Assembly (NCBI RefSeq): GCF_049257255.1
Contig: NZ_JBMMUG010000007.1
Span: forward strand, 237,535-253,534
Length of the DNA stretch: 16,000 nucleotides
Direction: 5' to 3'
DNA from: Pseudoalteromonas sp. SSM20
GTDB lineage: Bacteria; Pseudomonadota; Gammaproteobacteria; Enterobacterales; Alteromonadaceae
A program made the position numbers and the translations under genes. The notes beneath the pieces are model-generated. The model was not told the DNA's origin. It worked only from the letters and a program-made list of their open reading frames with translations, and made no database searches. This document shows positions 7,199 to 15,503 of the stretch, piece after piece (within the stretch, counting starts at the first letter, position 1; each line of letters opens with the position of its first letter).

Positions 7199-9439
7199 AT
7201 GAGTTTAAGAACAAGTTTGAAGAAAGTATTACCAAGTATCTCAATTACAGAGCAAGAAGCACTTGATGCAGGTGATGTATGGTTAGAAGGTTCAATTTAT
7301 CAGGGTAAACCTGATTTTGATGCGCTTCGTGCAGTGCCTGAAGCAAAGCTAAGCCAAGAAGAACAAGCATTCTTGGATGGCCCTGTTGCTCAATTACTTG
7401 ATATGATTGATGAGACTGAAATTCAGAGCTCAAATCACTTACCTGAAAACATTCTAGAATTTATCAAAGCAAATCGCTTTTTCTCGCTTATTATTCCAAA
7501 GCAATATGGTGGTTTAGAGTTTAGCCCTTATGCAAACTCAACAATTGTTGCCACAATTGCAACTAAAAGCACCGCTGTAGCAGTAACTGTTATGGTGCCA
7601 AACTCGTTAGGCCCTGGTGAATTATTAATGCACTATGGCACTGAAGAACAACGTCAGCAATACTTGCCTAAATTAGCTATTGGTCAAGACATTCCATGTT
7701 TTGCACTTACTAGCCCAGAAGCAGGCTCTGATGCCGGCGGCATTCCAGACCAAGGTATTGTTACCATGGGTGAATACCAAGGTAAGCAAGTACTTGGCCT
7801 AGAACTTACATGGGATAAGCGTTATATCACGCTAGCACCAATTGCTACAGTGCTTGGTTTAGCAGTTAAAGTAAAAGATCCTAACGGTCTTTTAGGTGAT
7901 GTAGAAGATTTAGGTATCACCTGTGCATTAATTCCAAAAGATCACCCTGGTGTTGAACTTGGTAACCGTCATAACCCTATGGGAATTAAGTTCTATAACG
8001 GCACAACACGTGGCCAAAATGTGTTTGTACCAATGGACTTTATTATTGGTGGTCAAAAGAATATTGGCCGCGGTTGGCAGATGCTAGTGAGCTGTTTAGG
8101 TGCAGGTCGTGGTATCTCATTACCAGCTTTAGGGTGTTCAACAGCACATGTTGCGCTGAAATCTGCTTCTGAATATGCAGCTGTACGTGAGCAATTTGGT
8201 TTAAGCATCGGCTTATTTGAAGGTATTCAAGAAAAGTTAGCGGATATTGCAGGTAAAACATACCTACAAGAAGCGATGCGTGTACTGACAACTGAAGGAC
8301 TAGGCCTTGGTTTAAAACCATCGGTTGTAACAGCGATTGCTAAATACCACATGACTGAGCTTGGCCGCGATGTACTTAATTCTGCGATGGATATCCAAGC
8401 AGGTAAAGCAATTCAATGTGGTCCACAAAATACATTGGCACAAGGTTATCTTGGTCAACCTGTTGCAATCACCGTTGAAGGTGCAAACATTCTTACGCGT
8501 AACTTAATGATCTTTGGTCAAGGTGTAATGCGTTGTCACCCACACCTACAAAGTATGGTTGAGTCAATTCACAGCACTGATAAGAACGCAGATGCAACGT
8601 TCCGTGGCTTACTAACGAAAACGATTGGTTACAGCGTAGGAAATAGCTTAAGTGCATTTACTAAAGGCTTACTGCCATTCACTGCAGGCGCAAAGTCAAA
8701 ACTTTCTGAAGTGCGTCAATACGAAAAAGCAGTTAACAAGTTATCTGCAAAACTTGCAGTGTATGCTGATTTCTCACTATTAGTATTAGGTGGCAAACTT
8801 AAACAAGCTGAATTACTTTCTGCACGTTTAGGTGATGTAATGAGTTATTTATACGCGGCAATGGCGTCAATTCGTTACTATGAGCAAAAAGTAGCAAGTG
8901 AAGACCGTGCACAAGCAGCACCTTATTTCCACTACGCGACACGCTGGGCGATTGCCCAAGCTGAAAACGCAATTGCGGATTTCTTAGCAAACTTCCCGTC
9001 AGGTGCAACACGTAAATTTATGCGTCTGATCACCGTAACGTATTCTGAAAAATCGATGCGTATCAGCGATGATTTAGTGCGTGAGCTTGCTCATCAGTGT
9101 CAGCTAAATACTAACTTCAAAAAGCAATTAACGCATTTAGTTCACGCATCAAATGGTGATGGTCACGATATCAACCAACAAGCATACCTAGCAAAACTAG
9201 ATTGCTTAGATATGTTAGCGAAGATTAAAAAATCGCTACGTAAAAAAGAAATCAAAGCAGGTGTTCGTTTTGCTGAAACGCTAGATAATGCACTTGTGGC
9301 AAACATTATCACGGCAGATGAATATAAAAAGCTGATTGATTATAACGTAAAACGTGAATTAGCTATTCGTGTAGATGAATTTGATTTTGATATGAACTTA
9401 TTAAAACCAGAACAAGCAACTTTGAAAAAAGTCAGCTAA
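7199..9439 (+). CDS. fadE: Acyl-CoA dehydrogenase FadE (long form, lacking the N-terminal membrane segment of E. coli FadE)
   Basis: Collinear with E. coli FadE from its ...[24 protein letters not shown] region onward. Shared blocks include EQEALDAGDVWLEGSIYQGKPDF, EEQAFLDGPV, QYGGLEFS, PNSLGPGELL.HYGT.EQ, IPCFALTSPEAGSDAGGIPD, KRYITLAPIATVLGLA, EDLGITCALIP, ITVEGANILTRNLMIFGQG.MRCHP and ARLGDV. Confidence 0.92.
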   Translation: MSLRTSLKKVLPSISITEQEALDAGDVWLEGSIYQGKPDFDALRAVPEAKLSQEEQAFLDGPVAQLLDMIDETEIQSSNHLPENILEFIKANRFFSLIIPKQYGGLEFSPYANSTIVATIATKSTAVAVTVMVPNSLGPGELLMHYGTEEQRQQYLPKLAIGQDIPCFALTSPEAGSDAGGIPDQGIVTMGEYQGKQVLGLELTWDKRYITLAPIATVLGLAVKVKDPNGLLGDVEDLGITCALIPKDHPGVELGNRHNPMGIKFYNGTTRGQNVFVPMDFIIGGQKNIGRGWQMLVSCLGAGRGISLPALGCSTAHVALKSASEYAAVREQFGLSIGLFEGIQEKLADIAGKTYLQEAMRVLTTEGLGLGLKPSVVTAIAKYHMTELGRDVLNSAMDIQAGKAIQCGPQNTLAQGYLGQPVAITVEGANILTRNLMIFGQGVMRCHPHLQSMVESIHSTDKNADATFRGLLTKTIGYSVGNSLSAFTKGLLPFTAGAKSKLSEVRQYEKAVNKLSAKLAVYADFSLLVLGGKLKQAELLSARLGDVMSYLYAAMASIRYYEQKVASEDRAQAAPYFHYATRWAIAQAENAIADFLANFPSGATRKFMRLITVTYSEKSMRISDDLVRELAHQCQLNTNFKKQLTHLVHASNGDGHDINQQAYLAKLDCLDMLAKIKKSLRKKEIKAGVRFAETLDNALVANIITADEYKKLIDYNVKRELAIRVDEFDFDMNLLKPEQATLKKVS

Positions 9440-9459
9440 TAGAATCCTAACGTACTTGC

Positions 9460-9488
9460 AAAGCCAATCCATGTGATTGGCTTTTTTT
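9460..9488 (+). terminator. Rho-independent terminator after fadE
   Basis: AAAGCCAATC-CATGT-GATTGGCTTTTTTT: a 7-bp core stem extended by A:T pairs, followed by a 7-T run. Confidence 0.8.
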
Positions 9489-9531
9489 ATGTTCTTGTTA
9501 AAATAGCGCCGATTTATTTAAGAGGTTGAAT

Positions 9532-9909
9532 ATGAAATTATTGTTTTTGGTATTTTTGCTAGTATTTTTGAACCCTATAAACGCAAAAGAGAGCGAACTT
9601 GGGCTTGTAATGAAAGAAATGGCGCTAAGCTACAAGCTTGCACGTAATGCCAACAGTTCAGAAGAGTTAATGACGCATCTCGCTAATATTGAAAGCGCAT
9701 TAGTAAAATCGAAGCAAATTGGTTTTAATCGAAAGCAAGAAGAGTCAATAAAAGGCATAGATGAGGTACTAAAACTGGTTAGTGAAATAAAAAATGCCGG
9801 TGGTGATTTAGAATTAGCACAGAAAAAATTGCTTAAAATTGATCAAGTAAGAAAGCAATATCACAAAATTCATGAGCCTAGTTTTTGGCAGTTAATCTTT
9901 GGTAACTAA
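9532..9909 (+). CDS. cybC: Periplasmic cytochrome b562-like four-helix-bundle protein
   Basis: Signal peptide MKLLFLVFLLVFLNPINA. The mature part aligns with E. coli CybC at both heme ligands: ..LGLVMKEM.. (Met7 equivalent) and C-terminal ..VRKQYHKIHE (RNAYHQKYR, His102 equivalent). I prefer ATG 9532 (AGAGG is 6 nt upstream) over the track's TTG at 9526. Confidence 0.55.
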   Translation: MKLLFLVFLLVFLNPINAKESELGLVMKEMALSYKLARNANSSEELMTHLANIESALVKSKQIGFNRKQEESIKGIDEVLKLVSEIKNAGGDLELAQKKLLKIDQVRKQYHKIHEPSFWQLIFGN

Positions 9910-10026
9910 TTGTTAATAAATGTAATAGCACTTGATTGCTAAGAATATTAAACGCATTATAGCGGCGCTTTAATTTACTAAGGTTCTTTTATCTTAGTTT
10001 TAATATATTTCATCAAAGGGACATTA

Positions 10027-10668
10027 ATGAAAAGCGCCTCATTTATATTTCTGTTATCTACTTTCATTTTTTCATCAAATCTTCATGCTAAAGATAAAAA
10101 TCAATTTATGTATTTTGGTTTAAGTGGCAAGAATCATAATTACAGTGATTTGAATTTTGCACCTACTGTTTCTAAGCAATCACTTGGACAGTTAAAACTA
10201 GAAGAATCAAATAACGCAATTGGCGCGAGACTGCTTTCAGGTTATCAATTTAATCGCTATTTAGCGGTAGAACTTGGCATAACTAATTTTGGTGAAGGGG
10301 ACTTCAAGCTTATCGAGCAAACAACGTCATCCGATGGCAAGAAAAAAACAAATACATTACATAAGGGCGAGTTTAAAACGATAGGCGCTGATATTTCAAT
10401 CGTCGCAACATACCCTTTTTCTGATTCGATTTTTGTTAAAGCATTAGTTGGTTTACAAGGCTGGGACAATCAATTTGATATGCTAGAAAAGGGCAACGAT
10501 AGTTTTAATGTCGTAAGCCAAGATGATCGCGGTGGATCATTACTAACTGGCTTTGGTATAGGTTATGGCGTTAGTAAATCAATGGCATTTACTTTGGATT
10601 TTGAACAAACTGAAATAGCTGAAATTAAAACAAATTCAGTAAGCATAAACTGGTTGTTTCGATTCTAA
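10027..10668 (+). CDS. Small outer-membrane beta-barrel protein (OmpA-like / OMP_b-brl type)
   Basis: Signal peptide MKSASFIFLLSTFIFSSNLHA. Alternating hydrophobic beta-strand pattern with aromatic girdle residues (GARLLSGYQF, AVELGITNFG, ISIVATYPF, LLTGFGIGYGV, FTLDFEQ). The C-terminus is ...INWLFRF with the terminal Phe typical of BAM substrates. Confidence 0.65.
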   Translation: MKSASFIFLLSTFIFSSNLHAKDKNQFMYFGLSGKNHNYSDLNFAPTVSKQSLGQLKLEESNNAIGARLLSGYQFNRYLAVELGITNFGEGDFKLIEQTTSSDGKKKTNTLHKGEFKTIGADISIVATYPFSDSIFVKALVGLQGWDNQFDMLEKGNDSFNVVSQDDRGGSLLTGFGIGYGVSKSMAFTLDFEQTEIAEIKTNSVSINWLFRF

Positions 10669-10671
10669 GAG

Positions 10672-10698
10672 GTAGCGTTACGTAAATTGTAACGCTAC
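10672..10698. terminator. 10-bp perfect hairpin between convergent genes (no clear U-tract)
   Basis: GTAGCGTTAC-GTAAATT-GTAACGCTAC. It lies between the stop of the OMP gene (10668) and the stop of the 201-aa ORF, with its right arm overlapping that stop at 10695-10697. It lacks a T-run on either strand, so terminator function is uncertain. Confidence 0.4.
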
Positions 10699-11300
10699 TG
10701 TGCACTGTTAAGGTTATTTAATAATGTGTGTGAATTAGACACACAATTAAGCTGCGCAGGTGGATAACTTAAAGATCTTTCTAATAAACGAATACACTTT
10801 TTAAGTTGGTCATCATTTAGCTCTGTATTTTTGGCTAAAAAGTCCACACTCTCTAATGCAACAATTTCATGGATAAAGCCGTTAGCTGTGATCACCCCGT
10901 ATTTTCCAGCTAAAAATAACTGCCAATGATCTTGGATACGTTCTTCTAAATTTTCAAAATAGTCTGAATTAAACTCTAAGCCCTTGAGTGACAGGTCGTT
11001 AACGCATTTAGCGTATTGTTGATAAAAAACAGAATACGCTTGTGCAGAACTTAAATCCGAATAGGGTTTTATTAGTTCAATCCACTTTGTGTAACCACGA
11101 GCAAAATATTCTTTTTCTTCATTAAAATCAGTAATGCCAAAAAAAGAACTTGATTGTACTTGGTTTTTTAAATGGTAGGCAGCATTTGGCAATATACATA
11201 AATCAATCCAATCGCTTAATTGCTGTTCTTTAACAAAGGTGTGTGACGCTAACTGTTTCAATGAATAAAAGTAGTTTTCAAAATACTCTGAGATAATCAT
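10695..11300 (-). CDS. Uncharacterised 201-aa cytoplasmic protein, putatively LexA/SOS-regulated
   Basis: Long uninterrupted ORF with no signal peptide or TM segment, and no motif I can place in a named family. No Shine-Dalgarno sequence is visible. The start codon directly abuts the 40-bp palindrome / LexA box at 11301-11340. Confidence 0.6.
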   Translation of the reverse strand: MIISEYFENYFYSLKQLASHTFVKEQQLSDWIDLCILPNAAYHLKNQVQSSSFFGITDFNEEKEYFARGYTKWIELIKPYSDLSSAQAYSVFYQQYAKCVNDLSLKGLEFNSDYFENLEERIQDHWQLFLAGKYGVITANGFIHEIVALESVDFLAKNTELNDDQLKKCIRLLERSLSYPPAQLNCVSNSHTLLNNLNSAQ

Positions 11301-11340
11301 AAGATATATTAACTGTATAAATATACAGTTAATATATCTT
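11301..11340. repeat. Perfect inverted repeat: 19-bp arms with a 2-nt spacer
   Basis: AAGATATATTAACTGTATA-AA-TATACAGTTAATATATCTT. Checked base by base: the reverse complement is identical except for the central AA. Confidence 0.95.
11311..11330 (-). promoter_or_regulatory. LexA (SOS) box
   Basis: AACTGTATAAATATACAGTT matches the gammaproteobacterial consensus TACTGTATATATATACAGTA at 17/20, with the CTGT-N8-ACAG core intact. On the minus strand a possible -10 (TATATT, 11331-11336) and -35 (TTGTAC, 11353-11358, 16-nt spacer) sit just upstream. That places the box at or just downstream of +1. Confidence 0.7.
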
Positions 11341-11444
11341 AATAAAAAAAAAGTACAAGAATTTTTGTATAAGGCCTTTTAGCTACTTACGATCGTCGGT
11401 GTTTATGGTTAAAATGTTGCAAAATTTAACAATGAAAAGAATTT

Positions 11445-12359
11445 ATGACGAACGTTGCCTCAATAAAAAAAGCCAGTTTAATCACCGCAATTAAAACACC
11501 TTATCTTGCTAATGGCGAAATAGACCTAGCAACATACGATGAGCTTGTTGAAAAACAAATTGCAGCAGGTGTTGACGGTATCATTGTTGGTGGTACAACT
11601 GGTGAAGGTCAATTAATGAATTGGGAAGAGCACCTAATGCTAATAGCGCATAGTGTTAACCAATTCAAAAATAAATTACTTATTATTGGTAATACTGGTA
11701 GTAACAATACCAAAGAAGCAATAAAAGCGACTGAATACGGCTTTGCAACGGGTATGGATGCAGCACTGCAAATCAATCCTTATTATGGCCGTACATCAAT
11801 TCAAGGTGTAATTGCACATTTTGAAAAAGTGCTCGAAATTGGTCCTGCATTTATTTACAACGTACCAGGGCGTACTGGTCAAGATTTAACACCTGAAATC
11901 ATTGAGCAACTTGCCCACAGTGAAAATTTTATCGGTGTTAAAGAATGTGCTGGTAATGAACGTATTGCTTATTACGAAAATAAAGGGATTGCCTGTTGGT
12001 CAGGAAATGATGATGAAGCGCACGATGCACGCCATAAAGCAAATGCCCATGGTGTAATCTCTGTTACGTCAAACCTGATCCCATCAGTATTTCGTGAGCT
12101 GATGGACAATGAAAATACTCAGTTAAATAATGAATGCCAACAGCTTATTTCTTGGCTGTTTTGTGAACCAAACCCAATTTCAATTAATACAGCGTTGGCC
12201 TTAACAGGTGCAGTAAAGCCTGTTTTCCGCTTACCCTATGTACCGCTGAATGAAAAACAAATTGAGTTCGGACTTGATTTAATGAGCCATTTTAAAGAGC
12301 ACTTAGTGGGAGATAAACTCACTAAACTTAACCAAAGCGACTTCATTATTACGCCTTAA
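11445..12359 (+). CDS. dapA: 4-hydroxy-tetrahydrodipicolinate synthase (DHDPS/DapA), plant-like sequence type
   Basis: Catalytic motifs are VGGTTGEG (Thr44/45 equivalent), YNVPGRTG (Tyr133/Arg138 equivalent) and IGVKECAG (Schiff-base Lys). Blocks that I recall as typical of plant DHDPS rather than E. coli DapA are LITAIKTPY, GEGQLMNWEEH, IGNTGSNNT, WSGNDDEAHD, GVISVTSNLIP, WLFCEPNPI and PVFRLPYVPL. Confidence 0.9.
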   Translation: MTNVASIKKASLITAIKTPYLANGEIDLATYDELVEKQIAAGVDGIIVGGTTGEGQLMNWEEHLMLIAHSVNQFKNKLLIIGNTGSNNTKEAIKATEYGFATGMDAALQINPYYGRTSIQGVIAHFEKVLEIGPAFIYNVPGRTGQDLTPEIIEQLAHSENFIGVKECAGNERIAYYENKGIACWSGNDDEAHDARHKANAHGVISVTSNLIPSVFRELMDNENTQLNNECQQLISWLFCEPNPISINTALALTGAVKPVFRLPYVPLNEKQIEFGLDLMSHFKEHLVGDKLTKLNQSDFIITP

Positions 12360-12373
12360 ATTCAAGTTTAAAT

Positions 12374-12400
12374 AAAAGCGATCTTAATGGTCGCTTTTAT
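12374..12400 (+). terminator. Rho-independent terminator after dapA
   Basis: AAAAGCGATC-TTAAT-GGTCGCTTTT: a 10-bp stem including one G:U pair, with a T-rich tail. Confidence 0.7.
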
Positions 12401-12426
12401 ATCACGTTTCCGCACAACACTATCCT

Positions 12427-12435
12427 TGTTATAAT
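12427..12435 (+). promoter_or_regulatory. Extended -10 promoter element (TGtTATAAT) for the helicase gene
   Basis: A perfect TATAAT at 12430-12435 is preceded by TGn at 12427-12429, ~32 nt upstream of the ATG at 12468. The -35 is weak (TTTCCG at 12407-12412). Confidence 0.45.
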
Positions 12436-12467
12436 GTAATTAACTCCCTCAAAAGGTCTTCAAAAAT

Positions 12468-13733
12468 ATGAACTTCAAATCCTTTAGCTTTGCCGATTCA
12501 ATACTTACGGCACTGGATAAAATGGGTTATGAAACACTCACGCCAGTACAAAAAATGGCGATTCCGCACGTTCGTCGTGGACACGATGTACTAGCAAGTG
12601 CGCAAACAGGTACTGGTAAAACAGCAGCCTTTGCATTACCAATTATTCAAAAACTGTTAGACAATCAAGCTGACGGTAGCACTATTCGTGCAGTTATTTT
12701 AGCGCCAACACGTGAGTTAGTTGACCAAATTGACCACAACATTAAGCAATATTGTGCTTTTAATAATATTAAATCAGTAGCGATTTTTGGCGGTGTTGAA
12801 CATGACAAACAGATTAACCGTATTAAAAAGGGTTGCGATATTTTAGTTGCTACACCTGGGCGTTTAATCGAACATTTACGAAAAGGTAATTTGGCACTGA
12901 ATAATGCATGCCATGTTGTTTTAGATGAAGCAGATCGTATGCTTGATATGGGCTTTCGCTCTGACATCGAAACTATTTTGGAGCAATGTGCTAAACAAAA
13001 GCAAACATTATTATTCTCAGCAACATATCCATCAGCTGTGAAACAATTTGCTACTAAAACATTAGTTCATCCTAAAATTGTACAAGTAAGCCGTGATAAC
13101 GAAACAGCAAGTACCATCACTCATGTTGCTTACCCAGTTTCTAACGAACGTAAATTGGAATTACTTTCAGAGCTTATTTGCCGTAAAGGTTGGAAACAAG
13201 TACTTGTTTTCGTAAATATGAAGGAAGATGTGCAACTTATTGTTGATGAGCTTACACAGTACGGAGTAACAGTTGGTGTAATTCATGGTGACAAAAGCCA
13301 AGGCAATCGCCGACGTGCTTTGCGTGAATTCAAAGAAGGTAAAACTACTATTTTAGTGGGTACTGAAGTTGCGGCGCGTGGTCTAGATATTGCTGGGTTA
13401 CCGCGTGTTATCAACTTTGACTTGCCTTACCTTGCAGAAGACTATGTTCACCGTATTGGACGTACGGGACGCGCTGGCCAAAAAGGCTTTGCAATCTCGT
13501 TAGTGAGTCGCGAAGAAGAACATGTACTTGCTCAAATTGAAGATTTAATCCGCGATAAAGTTAAGCGAATTTATTATCCAGGTTTCGAAGTGAGTAACCG
13601 CGAAGGTTTGATCAAAAAGATTGGCAAGAAAACATCGTTACAAAAGCGCATTCGTTCAAACAGAGCAACGCAATATGGCGCTGAAGCACAAATGCAAAAT
13701 CGTCAAAAGATCAGAAAAGCATTTAAGAAATAA
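12468..13733 (+). CDS. rhlE: ATP-dependent DEAD-box RNA helicase (RhlE-like)
   Basis: All helicase motifs are present: Q (F..L......GYETLTPVQ), I (AQTGTGKT), Ia (PTRELV), Ib (TPGRL), II (DEAD), III (SAT), IV (LVFV), V (ARGLDI) and VI (HRIGRTGRAG). The C-terminal tail is basic. Confidence 0.85.
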   Translation: MNFKSFSFADSILTALDKMGYETLTPVQKMAIPHVRRGHDVLASAQTGTGKTAAFALPIIQKLLDNQADGSTIRAVILAPTRELVDQIDHNIKQYCAFNNIKSVAIFGGVEHDKQINRIKKGCDILVATPGRLIEHLRKGNLALNNACHVVLDEADRMLDMGFRSDIETILEQCAKQKQTLLFSATYPSAVKQFATKTLVHPKIVQVSRDNETASTITHVAYPVSNERKLELLSELICRKGWKQVLVFVNMKEDVQLIVDELTQYGVTVGVIHGDKSQGNRRRALREFKEGKTTILVGTEVAARGLDIAGLPRVINFDLPYLAEDYVHRIGRTGRAGQKGFAISLVSREEEHVLAQIEDLIRDKVKRIYYPGFEVSNREGLIKKIGKKTSLQKRIRSNRATQYGAEAQMQNRQKIRKAFKK

Positions 13734-13785
13734 TCTTTAAATTTCGAATTTAGATATTCAAATCTAACTATCGTAAATTACATAC

Positions 13786-13814
13786 AAAAAAGGAGCATTA
13801 ACTGCTCCTTTTTT
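13786..13814. terminator. Bidirectional rho-independent terminator between the convergent helicase and AbgT-family genes
   Basis: AAAAAAGGAGCA-TTAAC-TGCTCCTTTTTT: a symmetric A-run and T-run flank a 6-bp GC-containing core stem. Confidence 0.8.
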
Positions 13815-13842
13815 ATGTCTAGTGCCTTAGTCGTAAAAATTA

Positions 13843-15432
13843 CTAAGGCGTGTAGTAAATTGGTGAGTTAGGACCAACAGGCATTCCTAGTACAAATACC
13901 CATAAATAGAATAAACACACCCAGCCAATAAAGAAGAACATAGAATACGGTAACATGGTGGCCACTAGCGTACCTATACCCATATCTTTCTTATATTTAG
14001 TGGCAACTGCTAGTATTAATCCAAAATAGCTCATCATTGGTGTAATTAAGTTTGTTACAGAATCACCAATACGATAAGCCGCTTGAATAGTTTCAGGTGC
14101 GTAACCAATTAGCATAAGCATTGGTACGAAAATTGGCGCTGTAATCGCCCATTGTGCTGATGACGAGCCAAGACTTAAGTTAACTACGGCACACATAAAA
14201 ATAAATAACACAAATACTTCAGGACCAGTTAGATTCAGCGCGGTTAACATCGCAGCGCCTTTAACCGCTAAAATGGTGCCTAGATTAGTCCACTTAAAGA
14301 AAGCAACAAACTGAGCAGCAAAAAACACAAGTACGATATACATACCCATCGAGCTCATACTTTTAGACATAGCATCGATGATATCACGGTCGTTTTTCAT
14401 TGAGCCTACAACTCGGCCATAAACAAAACCAGGAATTGCAAAGGTAACAAAGATAAATACAACGATGCCTTTTAGAAATGGAGAGCCTGCAACAAGACCT
14501 GTTTCAGGGTGACGTAAGATACCGTCTTCAGGCACAATTGTTGTAGCTAATACAGCACACGTGGCTAAAAATGCAAGACCAGCATAGCGTAAACCTTTAC
14601 GCTCAATGTCACTTAAATGGTCAATTTTGTTATCTGCTAAATCAATACTTGCTTCATCATTGTTGTATTTTCCTAAACGAGGCTCAACAATCTTTTCCGT
14701 AACCCAAGTACCCACAATAGCAATTAAAATTACCGAAACAGCCATAAAGTAATAGTTTGCTTCTGGGCCAACTTCATATGTTGGGTCGATCATTTGTGCT
14801 GCAGGCGTTGTAATACCAGCAAGAAGAGGATCAATTGTGCCTAGCAAAAGGTTTGCGCTATATCCGCCAGATACTCCGGCAAAAGCTGCAGCTAGGCCTG
14901 CTAGTGGGTGACGTCCAAGACTGTGGAATATCATTGCTGCTAATGGAATTAATACAACATAACCAAGCTCAGATGCAGTATTAGAAAGAATAGCCGCAAA
15001 AACTACCATAAAGGTAACTAACCTTTTTGGTGCACCCATTACCATGCCGCGCATCGCCGCAGATAACATGCCTGAGTGTTCAGCAACACTTACACCCAGT
15101 AATGCAACAAGTACCGTTCCAAGTGGTGCAAACCCTGTAAAGTTTGTAACGAGTCCGGTAACTATACGTTGTAATCCTTCAGCACTCATAAGTGAAACGA
15201 CTTCAATTACACCATCAGGAGCACGACCTTTAGCACCTTCAGGACGTGGATCGATGGCACTTAACCCCATCCAATCGGCTATGCCACTGAAAATAACAAT
15301 AGCAACACAGAACATTGCAAATAAAGTAATAGGGTGAGGTAATAAATTACCGAGAAATTCAACCGTGGCTAAAAAGCGATTAAATAGCCCTTTGTTTTGG
15401 TTTTCTTGAGAGTTTGCTTCTATCGTTGACAT
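13843..15432 (-). CDS. AbgT-family transporter (p-aminobenzoyl-glutamate / antimetabolite transporter family; AbgT/MtrF/YdaH)
   Basis: 529-aa polytopic membrane protein. The N-terminus has the family-typical ..FNRFLATVEFLGNLLPHPITLFAMF.. (E. coli AbgT has ..IERAGNKVPHPF.LF). Further family blocks are GFAPLGTVLVALLGVSVAEHSG and later regions. Confidence 0.85.
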   Translation of the reverse strand: MSTIEANSQENQNKGLFNRFLATVEFLGNLLPHPITLFAMFCVAIVIFSGIADWMGLSAIDPRPEGAKGRAPDGVIEVVSLMSAEGLQRIVTGLVTNFTGFAPLGTVLVALLGVSVAEHSGMLSAAMRGMVMGAPKRLVTFMVVFAAILSNTASELGYVVLIPLAAMIFHSLGRHPLAGLAAAFAGVSGGYSANLLLGTIDPLLAGITTPAAQMIDPTYEVGPEANYYFMAVSVILIAIVGTWVTEKIVEPRLGKYNNDEASIDLADNKIDHLSDIERKGLRYAGLAFLATCAVLATTIVPEDGILRHPETGLVAGSPFLKGIVVFIFVTFAIPGFVYGRVVGSMKNDRDIIDAMSKSMSSMGMYIVLVFFAAQFVAFFKWTNLGTILAVKGAAMLTALNLTGPEVFVLFIFMCAVVNLSLGSSSAQWAITAPIFVPMLMLIGYAPETIQAAYRIGDSVTNLITPMMSYFGLILAVATKYKKDMGIGTLVATMLPYSMFFFIGWVCLFYLWVFVLGMPVGPNSPIYYTP

Positions 15433-15459
15433 GAATACTAACGGTTAATATAAAAATGG

Positions 15460-15503
15460 CCGCAACATACCATAGTAGGGGCTTTTTACCAAGAATGTTG
15501 CGG
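15460..15503 (-). other. 9-bp inverted repeat (CCGCAACAT / ATGTTGCGG) with a 26-nt loop, between the upstream minus-strand ORF and the abgT-family start
   Basis: On the minus strand the hairpin is followed by CCATTTTTAT and ends ~28 nt before the transporter ATG. It could be a weak terminator for the upstream gene or a leader structure. Confidence 0.3.

Noticed and set aside
7245-9011. Three minus-strand ORFs (7245-7433, 8043-8321, 8799-9011)
   Set aside because: All are antisense shadows inside fadE, which is collinear with E. coli FadE over its whole length.
9526-9531. TTG start proposed by the track for the b562-like ORF
   Set aside because: The ATG two codons downstream (9532) is correctly spaced from the AGAGG SD, whereas the TTG abuts the SD.
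10257-10469. 70-aa minus-strand ORF
   Set aside because: It is antisense within the outer-membrane beta-barrel gene.
12665-12967. 100-aa minus-strand ORF
   Set aside because: It is antisense across helicase motifs Ia-II of the DEAD-box gene.
15044-15337. 97-aa plus-strand ORF
   Set aside because: It is antisense within the AbgT-family transporter gene.
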